Assembly: GCA_963791045.1 (NCBI GenBank)
Contig: CAWBQK010000017.1
Span: 288,001-352,000 of the forward strand
Reading direction: 5' to 3'
DNA length: 64,000 bases
Source: Candidatus Latescibacterota bacterium
GTDB taxonomy: Bacteria; Krumholzibacteriota; Krumholzibacteriia; WVZY01
Shown: one piece after another, positions 18,035 to 28,250 of the stretch
Layout: each line of letters begins with the position of its first letter
Position numbering within the stretch: position 1 is the first letter of the stretch
Made by a program: the position numbers and the translations under genes
The notes under the pieces: model-generated
The model's input: only the letters and a program-made list of their open reading frames with translations
The model's database searches: none
What the model was told of the DNA's origin: nothing

Positions 18035-20527
18035 TTAAGCGTTTTTATATCTGACAATTACATTTGTTATGTCATCGTGTTGCTTGCCGTCCCCAAAGGC
18101 CAGAATCGTTGCAAATAGCGAATCCTGCAACCGTCCGAGCGGCAAGTTCCGGTTCGCTTTGAGAAATCGGATCAGACGGTCCTCGCCATACTCCTCGTCG
18201 GTGGGGCTGGCCTGCTCCGTGACTCCATCGGTGTAAAGAAAGAGAATGTCGCCGGGGTCGAGACGAACTCTTCCTTCTGTATAGACGTGGTTGCTATCAA
18301 TGCCGAGAATCAGTCCGCCTTCGCCCAGCCTGTCGGCGAACTCCGTCTTCAAAAGGATCGCGGGGCAGTGACCTGCATTGCAAAAAGAAAAGGTCGAGTC
18401 GATCATATCGATGATGCCGTAAAAGAACGTGGTGAACAACTCGCTCTTTGCGTTTGCACACAGATGCTTATTGAGTTCGCCGACGACATCACTGGGATTC
18501 ATCCGATCGCGCACGGCTAGGTTCTTGAACACTGCCTGGAGCGATGACATCAGCATTGCTGCGGGAACGCCTTTGCCACTGACGTCCCCGATGGCGACGC
18601 CGATACGGTTCGCGTCGAGCGCGAAATAATCAAAGTAGTCACCGCCAACCTCGACGGAGCTGACCATTTTGCCGGCGAGATCCAATTGGGAGTGATGGGG
18701 CGGTTTCTTGGGGAGAAGATCGAGTTGGATTTCTCTCGCGAGCATAACCTCGTTTTTGAGGCGTTCCTGTTGGATCGAAGCCTCGTGAAGATCGGCATTC
18801 TCCAGCACCAGCCCAAGATGTTCCGACAAAGTTTCGAGGAGCTCGGAGTCAGTTTGAGTGTAGAGCAGACCGGAACGTTTTTTTCCAAGTATGATGAGTC
18901 CAAAGAGAGCGTCCGCCGAACCCACGGGAAGACACACGGCGGCTTGTGTCGAGGCGAGAAACCCCAACGAGGGGCCATCCAGATATCTTCTTTCCCACGT
19001 GTTGTCCAGGTATTCGACCATGAGCGGCTTTCGGTAACGGCTCAGGTACCTGCCGAGAAGCGATCCTGTGGGAAACGTTTCAGGAAATTTCGCCCCGTTT
19101 GAATTGTCGGTATCGAGAGCGAGACGCCCGTCTTCCTGGTCGTACCGATAGAAAACAAAATAGGACGCCTTGAGAAGGGAGCCTATACGGTTGGAAAAGT
19201 GATCGAGGATCTCGGACGATTTGATTTTGTGTGAGATCTCCCTGTTGAATTCCACAACTTCCTGACGGTAATCGTATTCACCACGGAAAAACAAACGATC
19301 GACAACGCCCTGGACGATCTGGCGCGCGGGGGCAAAAATAACGGCAAGAACAAGGACCGTAATAACGGAGAAGTAAGTCGGGTCGAGCTTGAATTCGGTC
19401 GTAAAGTAGTCGCCAAGAAAACGAACGACACCGTAATACGCGGCTATAATGACACCGGTGAGAAACGCGTACACAATGCTCTTTCTCACCACAATGTTGA
19501 GTTCGATTGCGCCATGCTTGAGGATTGCGTACGCAAACGACACCGACACGAACGCGAGACCCAGCGAGCAAACAAATTCCCATGTCGTGTATGTCCCCGG
19601 CATGATCTGACGCCACACGATCATGGAAAGGAAGGGAAGCATCCCGACTATGGTTCCACCGATTGCAATACGAAGTTTTTGCCGCTGCGCCACCGTAGAC
19701 GATCGGTAATTGCGGACAAATACAACCATGGAAGCCACGAGGTACGCCGTAATGTAGAGAGTCGATATCGACAGAATAAGGGTGAGAACAACGGTCGGAG
19801 TGTGGTCAAAATAAAAATTGCGTATCGCGAAAACACAACTTATCAAATAGATGAGGGTCGGTATTGTGTAGATCAGCAGAGCACGGCGGATAAGCTCGCG
19901 TTTGCCGGGCGGGCGGAGCCGATCGGGAAAAACGAGAAAAAAGTGAAGAAAGACCGCGGGAAAAAATATCATTGCCGCGTCGTCGAATAGCTCACCGGCG
20001 ATCTGCAGAAACGATATGTCGAATACGGGCCTGTCTCCGAGAAGATAACAAATGATAATCGAAGTGAGGGCGAAGGTGATGCCGATGGTATCCGTCCGGC
20101 GGAGCAATACGAGAAGACCGGTCAAAAGAAATGTAAACCCAACGAGAACCAGTCCGAAGCGGCGGTGAACGATCGATGAGGGGATAGTAACGTATTCGAC
20201 CTCGACGGTGAATTCTTCGCCGTTCCTTTCCAGGACATATTCGGTCGGCTCGAAGGAGCCGTTTTTTCTGACGACAGATCTGAGGTGTTTGTAGTTACGG
20301 ACGGGCACGCCGGCGACGGAGATGATTTCGTCATTGAGTTCGATGGGTTTTTCTGCGTTTGGGCCCTTTGAATTGATGTTCTGAACTGTGAGATTCAGCG
20401 TCTCGATCCCCGAATATGGGGTATTTATAAGGTCGCGCGACCCGGGAAACTGGAGAAAAACCGTCAGGAGCACCAGGAGCAGGACAGGGAATCGGAGGTA
20501 CCGGTGGTGGAGCGGTGCTTGACGCAT
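18035..20527 (-). CDS. Membrane PDZ/GAF-SpoIIE (PP2C, RsbU-like) phosphatase
   Basis: PDZ-like N-terminal region, multiple TM helices, GAF-like domain; AREIQLDLLP, EVGGDYFD, GDVSGKG, CNAGH, LYTDG, DDIT. Confidence 0.92.
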   Translation of the reverse strand: MRQAPLHHRYLRFPVLLLVLLTVFLQFPGSRDLINTPYSGIETLNLTVQNINSKGPNAEKPIELNDEIISVAGVPVRNYKHLRSVVRKNGSFEPTEYVLERNGEEFTVEVEYVTIPSSIVHRRFGLVLVGFTFLLTGLLVLLRRTDTIGITFALTSIIICYLLGDRPVFDISFLQIAGELFDDAAMIFFPAVFLHFFLVFPDRLRPPGKRELIRRALLIYTIPTLIYLISCVFAIRNFYFDHTPTVVLTLILSISTLYITAYLVASMVVFVRNYRSSTVAQRQKLRIAIGGTIVGMLPFLSMIVWRQIMPGTYTTWEFVCSLGLAFVSVSFAYAILKHGAIELNIVVRKSIVYAFLTGVIIAAYYGVVRFLGDYFTTEFKLDPTYFSVITVLVLAVIFAPARQIVQGVVDRLFFRGEYDYRQEVVEFNREISHKIKSSEILDHFSNRIGSLLKASYFVFYRYDQEDGRLALDTDNSNGAKFPETFPTGSLLGRYLSRYRKPLMVEYLDNTWERRYLDGPSLGFLASTQAAVCLPVGSADALFGLIILGKKRSGLLYTQTDSELLETLSEHLGLVLENADLHEASIQQERLKNEVMLAREIQLDLLPKKPPHHSQLDLAGKMVSSVEVGGDYFDYFALDANRIGVAIGDVSGKGVPAAMLMSSLQAVFKNLAVRDRMNPSDVVGELNKHLCANAKSELFTTFFYGIIDMIDSTFSFCNAGHCPAILLKTEFADRLGEGGLILGIDSNHVYTEGRVRLDPGDILFLYTDGVTEQASPTDEEYGEDRLIRFLKANRNLPLGRLQDSLFATILAFGDGKQHDDITNVIVRYKNA

Positions 20528-20751
20528 ATCAAGGCCTCCTTCCGCCCATCGGCGGCACGGCCACGGGTGTGATTTTCGATAACCGAAACGAGCTTGGGTG
20601 CCGCCGCCGCCGCTGTCAATACGTTTTTGGGAAGAGTGGCGGCAGGGGCCGGATGAGTGGACGCAGAGGACAAAACGCTTGCCTAGAGGGCACGGTTGTG
20701 ATAGTTTACCATATTATGTCTAAGTTACCGAATTAAGGGGGCTTATAGCGA

Positions 20752-21420
20752 ATGGCATCTCAGAGAAGAATTAAAAAGAAACGACTCAAGGAAGATCAAC
20801 TCGTCACCATCACCGTGAAGGCGACGCGGCTCGTCCAGGAGTATTTTACCCAGGTTATTATTGGGGTTTTGGTTCTCGTCGTAGCAGTGGCGGCGATTGT
20901 ATTTACCTCTCATACGCGGCGAAACGCCGCTCGCGACTCGGAAGCCGAATTCTCGGTCGCCATGAGCCAGTATAACGCCCGCGACGTGGACGGCGCCGCG
21001 ACGGCGTTCGAGCATATCGCGGATCGATATGGCGGATATCGAGCCGGCAAACTTTCGTACTACTTTCTTGCCAAGTCACTCCTCGCGAACAAACGGTACG
21101 AAGATGCCCTGGCTGCGTTCGACGAATATATCGGAAAAGCCGATGGCAATGCGCCATTTCGGGATGCTGCCGTCATTGGCAAAGCCATGTGCCATGAAGG
21201 CCTCCATAATTTCACCGCCGCGGCGGAACTTTTGGAACAACTTTCGCAAACAATTGTTCCGGAAGATCCCCGTCGTCTTGAAGTGCTTTTCCAGGCGGCG
21301 AACGATTACGGTAAGGCCGGAACTCGGGAAAAGGCCATCGAGTTGTTCCAGGTCGTCGCTGACGAGGCCACAGGGCCTCTCAAGGACCGGGCATCGGTAT
21401 CCGTGGCCATTCTCGAATAA
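20752..21420 (+). CDS. Membrane-anchored tetratricopeptide-repeat protein (YfgM-like)
   Basis: KKRLKEDQLV followed by one TM helix, then TPR helices. Confidence 0.75.
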   Translation: MASQRRIKKKRLKEDQLVTITVKATRLVQEYFTQVIIGVLVLVVAVAAIVFTSHTRRNAARDSEAEFSVAMSQYNARDVDGAATAFEHIADRYGGYRAGKLSYYFLAKSLLANKRYEDALAAFDEYIGKADGNAPFRDAAVIGKAMCHEGLHNFTAAAELLEQLSQTIVPEDPRRLEVLFQAANDYGKAGTREKAIELFQVVADEATGPLKDRASVSVAILE

Positions 21421-21435
21421 GCGCGAGGATCCATC

Positions 21436-21819
21436 GTGACAGAATCCCTCAGGAACGACGAAGTCGAAACCGCACTTCTTGCCGATCACGAGCGTTGGTA
21501 CGCCGCGGCGGGATACCTGTTCTTTCTCTGCTTTTTCAGCCTCTGGAAGGGAAGAGAGAGCGATTTTGTCCAGTTCCACGCCAAACAGGCGTTTTTGCTC
21601 TTCCTGGCGGAGTGTGTGTGCCTCATCGGCATCCTGGTCGTCGACCGAACCGTTGGCAGGCTGCCATTTCTCGGGCTATTAATCGTTATACTTCTTCAGA
21701 TCGTGGTATATCTCGCGGCGTTGCTTCTCTCCGTCATGGGATTTGTCAAAGCACTCTTCGGTGAGCGCTGGATTATGCCGTTCTTCGGCGTGTACAGCCA
21801 CAAAGTTCCGCTCCTCTAG
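21436..21819 (+). CDS. DUF4870-like small membrane protein
   Basis: FVQFHAKQA motif, 3 TM segments, KALFGERWIMP. Confidence 0.75.
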   Translation: MTESLRNDEVETALLADHERWYAAAGYLFFLCFFSLWKGRESDFVQFHAKQAFLLFLAECVCLIGILVVDRTVGRLPFLGLLIVILLQIVVYLAALLLSVMGFVKALFGERWIMPFFGVYSHKVPLL

Positions 21820-21915
21820 ACCTGTATTGCGAACAACGATAAATACTTAAGGGACTGTTCTCAGGAAGGGAAAGGACAATTCGGCCTTTGAGGATCGCCT
21901 TAAACACGACTACGA

Positions 21916-21943
21916 GTGGCGTATAAGATATATTATGTTAACT
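21916..21943 (+). other. dif: dif chromosome-dimer resolution site (XerC/XerD)
   Basis: GTGGCGTATAA-GATATA-TTATGTTAACT, 11-6-11 layout versus E. coli GGTGCGCATAA-TGTATA-TTATGTTAAAT; intergenic between convergent genes. Confidence 0.85.
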
Positions 21944-21998
21944 AGGACATATAAGATAAAGGGCGAACCCGGAATTTCATCCATAATCCGCCCATTTA

Positions 21999-24510
21999 CT
22001 AAAGGATGATATTGACCAGTTTGTTCTTTACGGTGATCACCTTCCGCGGCGTTTTATCCCCGATCAGTTCCTTGATACGTTCGTGCTGCAAGCGCCGCCG
22101 CCTCGAGTTCCGCCTCGGGTATGTCGGCGTCCATGTCGATCCGCGCCCTGATCTTGCTGTTGATCTGCACGACGAGCGTGATCTGCTCCGCCGCCGCGTA
22201 TTCCGGAATCGACACCGGAAGCTCCGCGCGGAAAACGCTATCAGTGTGGCCGGCGCGCTCCCACAATTCCTCACATAGATGTGGCGTCATGGGCGCCAAC
22301 AGCCGGACCAGCACATAGAACGCATTTGCAAAAACATCCCCGGCCGGTGTGTCCGGATTGACCTTTCCGGCGTCCGCGAATGAGCTCATCATGTTGGTGA
22401 GTTCCATTGCCGCACTGATGGCCGTGTTGAAATGGAAATTATCCGCCAGGTCTTTTCTGACCTTATCGACGGCCCAGTGCGTCTTCCGGAACAGCTCTCG
22501 CCCATCATCGTCTAGCGAGTCGTAGTCAATTGCGATTTCGCGCGCACCCTCGAGAGCTTCGATATTGGCCTCAAAGAGCCTGTAGACGCGGTTTAGAAAA
22601 CGGTTGCAGCCCTCAATGCTGTCATCCCGCCATTCGGTGTCTCTTTCCGGCGGTCCGGCAAACAATATATAGAGACGCATCGTATCCGCGCCGAATTTCT
22701 CGATAATCGGGTCGGGACTGACGACGTTGCCTTTGCTCTTGGACATTTTGACGCCGTCTTTGCAAATCATGCCTTGCGTGAATAAACGCTCGAACGGCTC
22801 GGTGAATTCCAGCAATCCTATCCGATTCAGGAATTTCGTAAAAAATCTGGCATATAACAGATGTAAAATGGCGTGTTCTACCCCACCGATATATTGATCG
22901 ACAGGTAACCACTTATTTACCAATGGCTTATCGAATACGTTTTCCGTGTCTCCCGGGCTGATATATCGGAGGAAATACCAGCTCGAATCCACAAACGTGT
23001 CCATTGTATCCGTATCCCTGGAGGCCTTTTTACCGCATTTGGGGCAATCTACGGCCACATACGACTCAACCCCCGCCAAGGGGCTTTTGCCGTCCCCACG
23101 GGGCCTGAAATCGATGTCATCGGGAAGCAGCACGGGCAGATCCGCCTCGGGAACGGGCACCACACCGCAATCGGCGCAGTGGATCATCGGGATCGGAGTG
23201 CCCCAATATCGTTGCCGCGACACGAGCCAGTCCCTGAGCCTGTAATTGATCGTTCGTTCGCCGATACCATCTTTTTCGGCGCGGTCGGCGATTCTGTTGA
23301 AAGCGTCGTCGCTGTCAAGACCGGAGAATTCACCGCTGTTTATGGTGTCGCCCTTGCCCGGATAAGCCGCTTCGGGAAACGGTGTGTCGCCATCCTTGGG
23401 CCGGATGACTTCCGTGATTTCCAACTCATATCGTTTGGCAAATTCGAAATCCCGTTCGTCGTGCGCCGGCACTGCCATGATCGATCCCGTACCATATTCG
23501 ATGAGGACATAAGGCGCGAGATAGATGGGAATCTCATGACCCGAAAAAGGATTGATCGCAAACCGGCCGGTAAAGAAACCGGTTTTGCGTGGTTCGGTCC
23601 TGGTCCTGCCGCTGAGTTTTTCCGTGCGTTCGACATCGATAAATTTCCGGGCCTCGTCTTCCCTGCCCGTACCTTCGAGAAGCGCGTCCACTCCCGGGTG
23701 TTCGGGAGACAAAACGAGAAAAGTGGCGCCAAAGATCGTGTCCGGACGAGTTGTAAAACAAACAAACTCCTCCGGGCTTTTCGCCGAGCCGTCTTCGATG
23801 GGTTTGACCGGGAAACGGATCTCAAGACCTTCACTCCTGTCGATCCAGTTTCGCTGCATCGCGAGAACACGTTCGGGCCATGACTTGAGTGTGTCAAGGT
23901 CTTCGAGGAGCGCGTCGGCGAACTCCGTAGTCTTGAAGAACCACTGTTCCAAAAACCGCTCATCGATTTCCGCCCCGCACCGTTCGCACGCGCCGCCAAC
24001 GACCTGTTCGTTCGCGAGCACCGTCTGGCACGAAGGACACCAATTGACCGAAGCAGCCTTGCGATACGCGAGTTCTTCTTTGAATAGCTGAATGAAGAGC
24101 CACTGGGTCCATTTGTAATATTCGGGATCACACGAGGCAACCTCGCGCGTCCAATCGTAAACCACGCCCCATCGGTAGAATTGTTCTTTCATGCGCGCGA
24201 TGTTGTCGCGTGTCCACACAGATGGATGAATGTCATTAGTCAGCGCGGCGTTCTCAGCGGGCAGACCAAACGCGTCCCAACCCATTGGCGCGAGGACATC
24301 GTATCCTTCCATCATTTTGAGACGCGCGAGCGCATCGCCGATGACATAGTTCCGCCCGTGCCCCACGTGGAGATCGCCCGACGGGTACGGATACATCATA
24401 AGACAGTAGTATTTCTTGTCCGCGCTGGACAGATCCACCGCCATGAGTTTGTCGTCGGCCCAGCGTTGCTGCCATTTCTTTTCTATGTTTTGATGCGGAT
24501 ATTTAGACAT
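21999..24510 (-). CDS. leuS: Leucyl-tRNA synthetase (one apparent frameshift near 22090)
   Basis: PYPSGDLHVGH, GWDAFGLPAEN, TTRPDT, DWLVSRQRYWGTPIP, KMSKSKGN; the normal C-terminus KVITVKNKLVNII is in another frame ending at 21999. Confidence 0.95.
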
Positions 24511-24532
24511 GGAATACGCCACCCGTGATTCG

Positions 24533-24772
24533 TTAACTGTCTGCTGGATTGAGATTGGCGATCACGTGACACTCATCACCAAGTTCATCAACTTCGATGT
24601 AGGAAGCCCCCAACGATTCGAAGTATGCTTTGAGTTCTTCGACGGCGGGTCCGGCGCTGACGATAACCCGGATCCACTCGATTTTTTCCTTTGCGATCGC
24701 GCTCTCCACCATCATCCTGGGGCCCGGTGAAGATAGACCCTTTGCGTTAATTTTTACTTCATCCGTTCGCAT
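24533..24772 (-). CDS. TusA/SirA-like protein with the active-site Cys replaced by Ser
   Basis: INAKGLSSPGP aligns with the TusA motif LDxxGLxCPxP; ~80 aa. Confidence 0.7.
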   Translation of the reverse strand: MRTDEVKINAKGLSSPGPRMMVESAIAKEKIEWIRVIVSAGPAVEELKAYFESLGASYIEVDELGDECHVIANLNPADS

Positions 24773-24828
24773 AGCACCCCGCCGGACCCATTGGTCCGTT
24801 GTTTAGTCGAGACGTTTATGATGGGAGT

Positions 24829-25158
24829 CTACAAGAGGTTCTGAATCGCCTGGTCAATTTTGTCCTCGGTCTGGACACCTATCATCTGGTTCGTGATGGT
24901 GCCTTCCTTGAAAAACAACAACGTCGGAATGCTCCTGACCGCGTATTCAGTCGGCATTGACTTTTCCTCGTCAACGTTCATCCGGAGAAACTTGATCTCC
25001 GTTCCATACTTCTCGGCCATCTTCTCGAGGATTGGATGCACCAGTTTGCATGGGTGGCACCACGGCGCCCAGAAATCGATCACAACTGGAACGGCGGAGT
25101 GACGTACTTCGCTTTCAAAACTGGTGTCGTTCACATCGCGTACGCTGTTGCTGGTCAT
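24829..25158 (-). CDS. trxA: Thioredoxin
   Basis: VVIDFWAPWCHPCK, NVDE, VRSIPTLLFFKEG. Confidence 0.92.
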   Translation of the reverse strand: MTSNSVRDVNDTSFESEVRHSAVPVVIDFWAPWCHPCKLVHPILEKMAEKYGTEIKFLRMNVDEEKSMPTEYAVRSIPTLLFFKEGTITNQMIGVQTEDKIDQAIQNLL

Positions 25159-25269
25159 CGTGATAGCACGTTCCTTTAAAGCTGGGGATTAAGTGCATCC
25201 GAACCTTGCGAGCTTTGCGAGCCTGGGGATTTCTTCCTGGGTTGCAGTAGATTTATATACGCAATTGCC

Positions 25270-26313
25270 TTACAGGGCAAGCGTTTTTCTCTCGATGGAG
25301 GCGACGAGAGCGGTATCGAGGACGCTGAGACCCTGGAGCCCCGTCGACTTGAGTTTGACGTCCGCCCATCGCAAATTGGTGAGATAGATTTTGAGGTCGT
25401 CCGAATCGAAGGCCCTCGCCTGGCCAATGAGTTGGGTCAGCTGGTAGGGGCTTACCCGGCCGGCCATCCGGTTTGTGACGTCGCGCGGGGTAACTCCTTT
25501 TTCGGCGAGCAGCGAAGTGATGTGGAGGAGCTGAAGAACGCGCCGGAGAATCATCGCAAGGACAAAAACAGGCTCTTCCCCACCTTCCACAATCCGGTGC
25601 ATCCTTCGGACCAGGGTGGCCGTATCTTTTTTTCCGAGCTGATCGAGGAACGCAAACAGGTTTTCCGTCCGGTACTTCCCGACGACTTCGCCAACGAGAT
25701 CCCTGTCGATAACCGTCCCCGATTCGACGCTCATCATTATTTTTTCGATTTCATTGGCGAGATCGATAAGACTCGTCCCCACCGAATCGAGAAGGACCTC
25801 GAGTGCGTCGGGATGAATGGTGTAGCCCTCACGGTGCAGCCGGCCCTTGACGCGGTCAATAGTCTCGTCATCGGAGAGGTGTTGAAAACGAAATGACAAT
25901 CCTTTGTCGTCGGCGATCTGCTTGAACTTTTTAATCCGGGCGGTGTCGAGTCTGTCCTGGGCGGTTTCGGCCACGAATATAACGGTGTCGGAAAGCCCCA
26001 CGAGACGTTCGAGCACAAAATCCTTGTTTGCCGTTGTCAGCGCCTCGGTTTTTTTCAGGATTACCATTCGTCGTTCGTTGAAAAGCGGAAACGAACTGAT
26101 GCGTTCGTTAAAAGAGTCGCGGTCGAAATCATCTCCGTGAAAAATATCCAGGTTGAACGCGCGGTTCTGTCCGGAGAGACGAGCCTCGATCAGCTCGCCG
26201 ATAAACTCTTTTTTCATGAATTCTTCCGGGCCGTGCAGAAAGTAGACCTGGTGGTTTGAGCCCGTTTTGAGCTGCTCAAAGAGTTTCTTGTAGAGTTGAA
26301 GTGTGCGTCCCAT
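25270..26313 (-). CDS. holA: DNA polymerase III delta subunit
   Basis: VYFLHGPEEF, FNLDIFHG, SFPLFNERRMV, NEIEK, ADVKLKS; adjacent to lptE and near leuS. Confidence 0.88.
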   Translation of the reverse strand: MGRTLQLYKKLFEQLKTGSNHQVYFLHGPEEFMKKEFIGELIEARLSGQNRAFNLDIFHGDDFDRDSFNERISSFPLFNERRMVILKKTEALTTANKDFVLERLVGLSDTVIFVAETAQDRLDTARIKKFKQIADDKGLSFRFQHLSDDETIDRVKGRLHREGYTIHPDALEVLLDSVGTSLIDLANEIEKIMMSVESGTVIDRDLVGEVVGKYRTENLFAFLDQLGKKDTATLVRRMHRIVEGGEEPVFVLAMILRRVLQLLHITSLLAEKGVTPRDVTNRMAGRVSPYQLTQLIGQARAFDSDDLKIYLTNLRWADVKLKSTGLQGLSVLDTALVASIERKTLAL

Positions 26314-26325
26314 CGTCCCGCCGCA

Positions 26326-26826
26326 TTACCAATCCGAGACCGTAAGGCTCAGTATCCTGTCGGTGATTTCTTTCAGAGATTCCGTAAGCGCGTCGTCGTA
26401 TGTAAAACCCGGCTCTTGTGACCCCGCGAAATATGATCCATCGCCCTTTATCGTCTTGTTCTCCCAGATCGCGGAGTTCGTCATCCGGTTGAACAACGTG
26501 GCCTGAAGGGTTACGACAACGTGATATTCCTCGGCATTGAGCTCGGTATTAAAAGAAAACGGCCGGTTGACAAATCCAACAAGAGTGCCTTCCAGTACGG
26601 CGTCGGCGTTGCCTTCATCGGTAACACTCAGCGTGTTGTCTTCGATGAGTAGCCGCACTATCGTTTCCGTAACGAAGATCTCGATGTTGGGTTCCGAAGT
26701 CTTGTTCTCGAAGAACAACACCGCGATCGACTTGATATCCTTGGCCGTCTTTGATTTCGTGCTGTAGTATCCGCACCCCGTATTGACGAGAAGCACAACG
26801 CAGAGTGCCGCCAGGTAAATTCTCAT
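26326..26826 (-). CDS. lptE: LPS assembly lipoprotein LptE family
   Basis: Lipobox TG-C-GYY, IKSIAVLFFENKT, ADAVLEG; lptE-holA synteny. Confidence 0.8.
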   Translation of the reverse strand: MRIYLAALCVVLLVNTGCGYYSTKSKTAKDIKSIAVLFFENKTSEPNIEIFVTETIVRLLIEDNTLSVTDEGNADAVLEGTLVGFVNRPFSFNTELNAEEYHVVVTLQATLFNRMTNSAIWENKTIKGDGSYFAGSQEPGFTYDDALTESLKEITDRILSLTVSDW

Positions 26827-28250
26827 TCGCCGGAGTCTTCCTTCTCGTCGCCGAGGTCGTAGGCCTTCATCCGGTAACGGAGCTTATCCCGCTTCAGGTT
26901 GAGCAGTCTCGCCGTCTGGCTTTGATTCCAACGGGCTTGTTCCGACGCCTTCACAATCATTTCGCGCTCGACTTCAGCCACCATCTGTTCGAATTCGATA
27001 CCGTCTTCGGGGATGGGTTGGGACAACAGCTGGTCGATGCGCTTGCCGATACTGCTGTCTTCCGGGCGCAGTGTGGAAAACGGCAGGTGCTCCGCCTTGA
27101 GCACGGTGTCGTTCTCAAGGAGAACGATTCGTTCGATGGTGTTCTTGAGTTCGCGGATGTTTCCCGGCCAGTGGTAGTCGTACATCAATTGCTGCGCGCC
27201 CTCGTTAATATCCTCAAAGGATTTGTGGAACTTCTTATTGAAATGGTTGACAAAGTACTTTGTAAAACCGAGCAGGTCTTCTTTGCGTTCGCGCAGCGGC
27301 GGCACGAAGACCGGCACGACCTTCAAGCGGTAGTACAGATCCGCCCGGAAGCGATTTTCCTCGACCTCGGTCTTGAGATCACGGTTTGTCGCGCTGACTA
27401 TCCGCACACTGACGTGTATATCGGTGGTGCCGCCGACGCGTCGGAAAACCATCCTTTCCAGGACACGGAGCAATTTCACCTGGATGGTAAGACTCATTTC
27501 GCCGATTTCGTCGAGAAAGAGCGTCCCACGGTTGGCCAGCTCGAGGAGGCCCTGCTTCTGTGTCTTCGCATCGGTGAACGAGCCTTTCTCGTGACCGAAC
27601 AATTCGCTTTCAAGCAGCTGCTCGGGAAGCGAGGCACAGTTGATATCCATAAAGGGCTTATCGGCGCGGTTGCTGAACTTGTGAACGAGTCGGGCGATCA
27701 TTTCCTTTCCGACTCCGCTCTCGCCTTCGATCAACACTGTGGTCGTGTCGCTCGTGGCGACCTGCTGAACCATCTCGTAAACTTTTTTCATCGACTTGCT
27801 GTCGCCAAGGATGTACTCGAAACCTTCGCCGATATCCATCTGGCGTTTGAGCTGAAGAACCTCGCGGCTGAGTCGCCGGCTTTCGAGCCCCTTTTTCATG
27901 ATCATGAGCAGCTGGTCGAGGTTGATCGGCTTGCTGACAAAATCAAAAGCGCCTTCCTTCATCGCCTGGACCGCGGTTTCGATATCGCCAAAAGCCGTGA
28001 TCATAACCACGCAGATCTCGGGGAATACCGCCTTGATCCTGTGGAGGACCTCGATACCGTCTATGTCCGGGAGTTTCAGGTCAAGAAGGATGAGATCGGG
28101 AATGACTTTCTTCGCGACCTCAACGGCTTCGAGTCCGTCTTTAGCCGTGTGGGCTTCGTAGCCTTCCTGGACGAGTGTTTTCTCGAGAAAAAATCGAATC
28201 GAGTCCTGGTCATCGACTAGAAGGATGACTGACTTCGCTGGAGTCTCCAT
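26823..28250 (-). CDS. Sigma-54-dependent response regulator (NtrC/AtoC family: REC-AAA+-HTH)
   Basis: LLVDD, DLKLPD, GESGVGKE, ESELFGHEKGSFTDA, LFLDEIGEM, WPGNIREL, Fis-type HTH. Confidence 0.95.
   Translation of the reverse strand: METPAKSVILLVDDQDSIRFFLEKTLVQEGYEAHTAKDGLEAVEVAKKVIPDLILLDLKLPDIDGIEVLHRIKAVFPEICVVMITAFGDIETAVQAMKEGAFDFVSKPINLDQLLMIMKKGLESRRLSREVLQLKRQMDIGEGFEYILGDSKSMKKVYEMVQQVATSDTTTVLIEGESGVGKEMIARLVHKFSNRADKPFMDINCASLPEQLLESELFGHEKGSFTDAKTQKQGLLELANRGTLFLDEIGEMSLTIQVKLLRVLERMVFRRVGGTTDIHVSVRIVSATNRDLKTEVEENRFRADLYYRLKVVPVFVPPLRERKEDLLGFTKYFVNHFNKKFHKSFEDINEGAQQLMYDYHWPGNIRELKNTIERIVLLENDTVLKAEHLPFSTLRPEDSSIGKRIDQLLSQPIPEDGIEFEQMVAEVEREMIVKASEQARWNQSQTARLLNLKRDKLRYRMKAYDLGDEKEDSGE

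Noticed and set aside
20700-20730. Second dif-like sequence (TTATGTCTAAG)
   Set aside because: No plausible XerC arm; more likely part of the divergent promoter region
22054-22100. Programmed frameshift or truncated LeuS
   Set aside because: No slippery sequence evident; many similar indels nearby point to sequencing error
26805-28220. 471-aa + strand ORF
   Set aside because: Antisense shadow of the sigma-54 response regulator; no independent motifs
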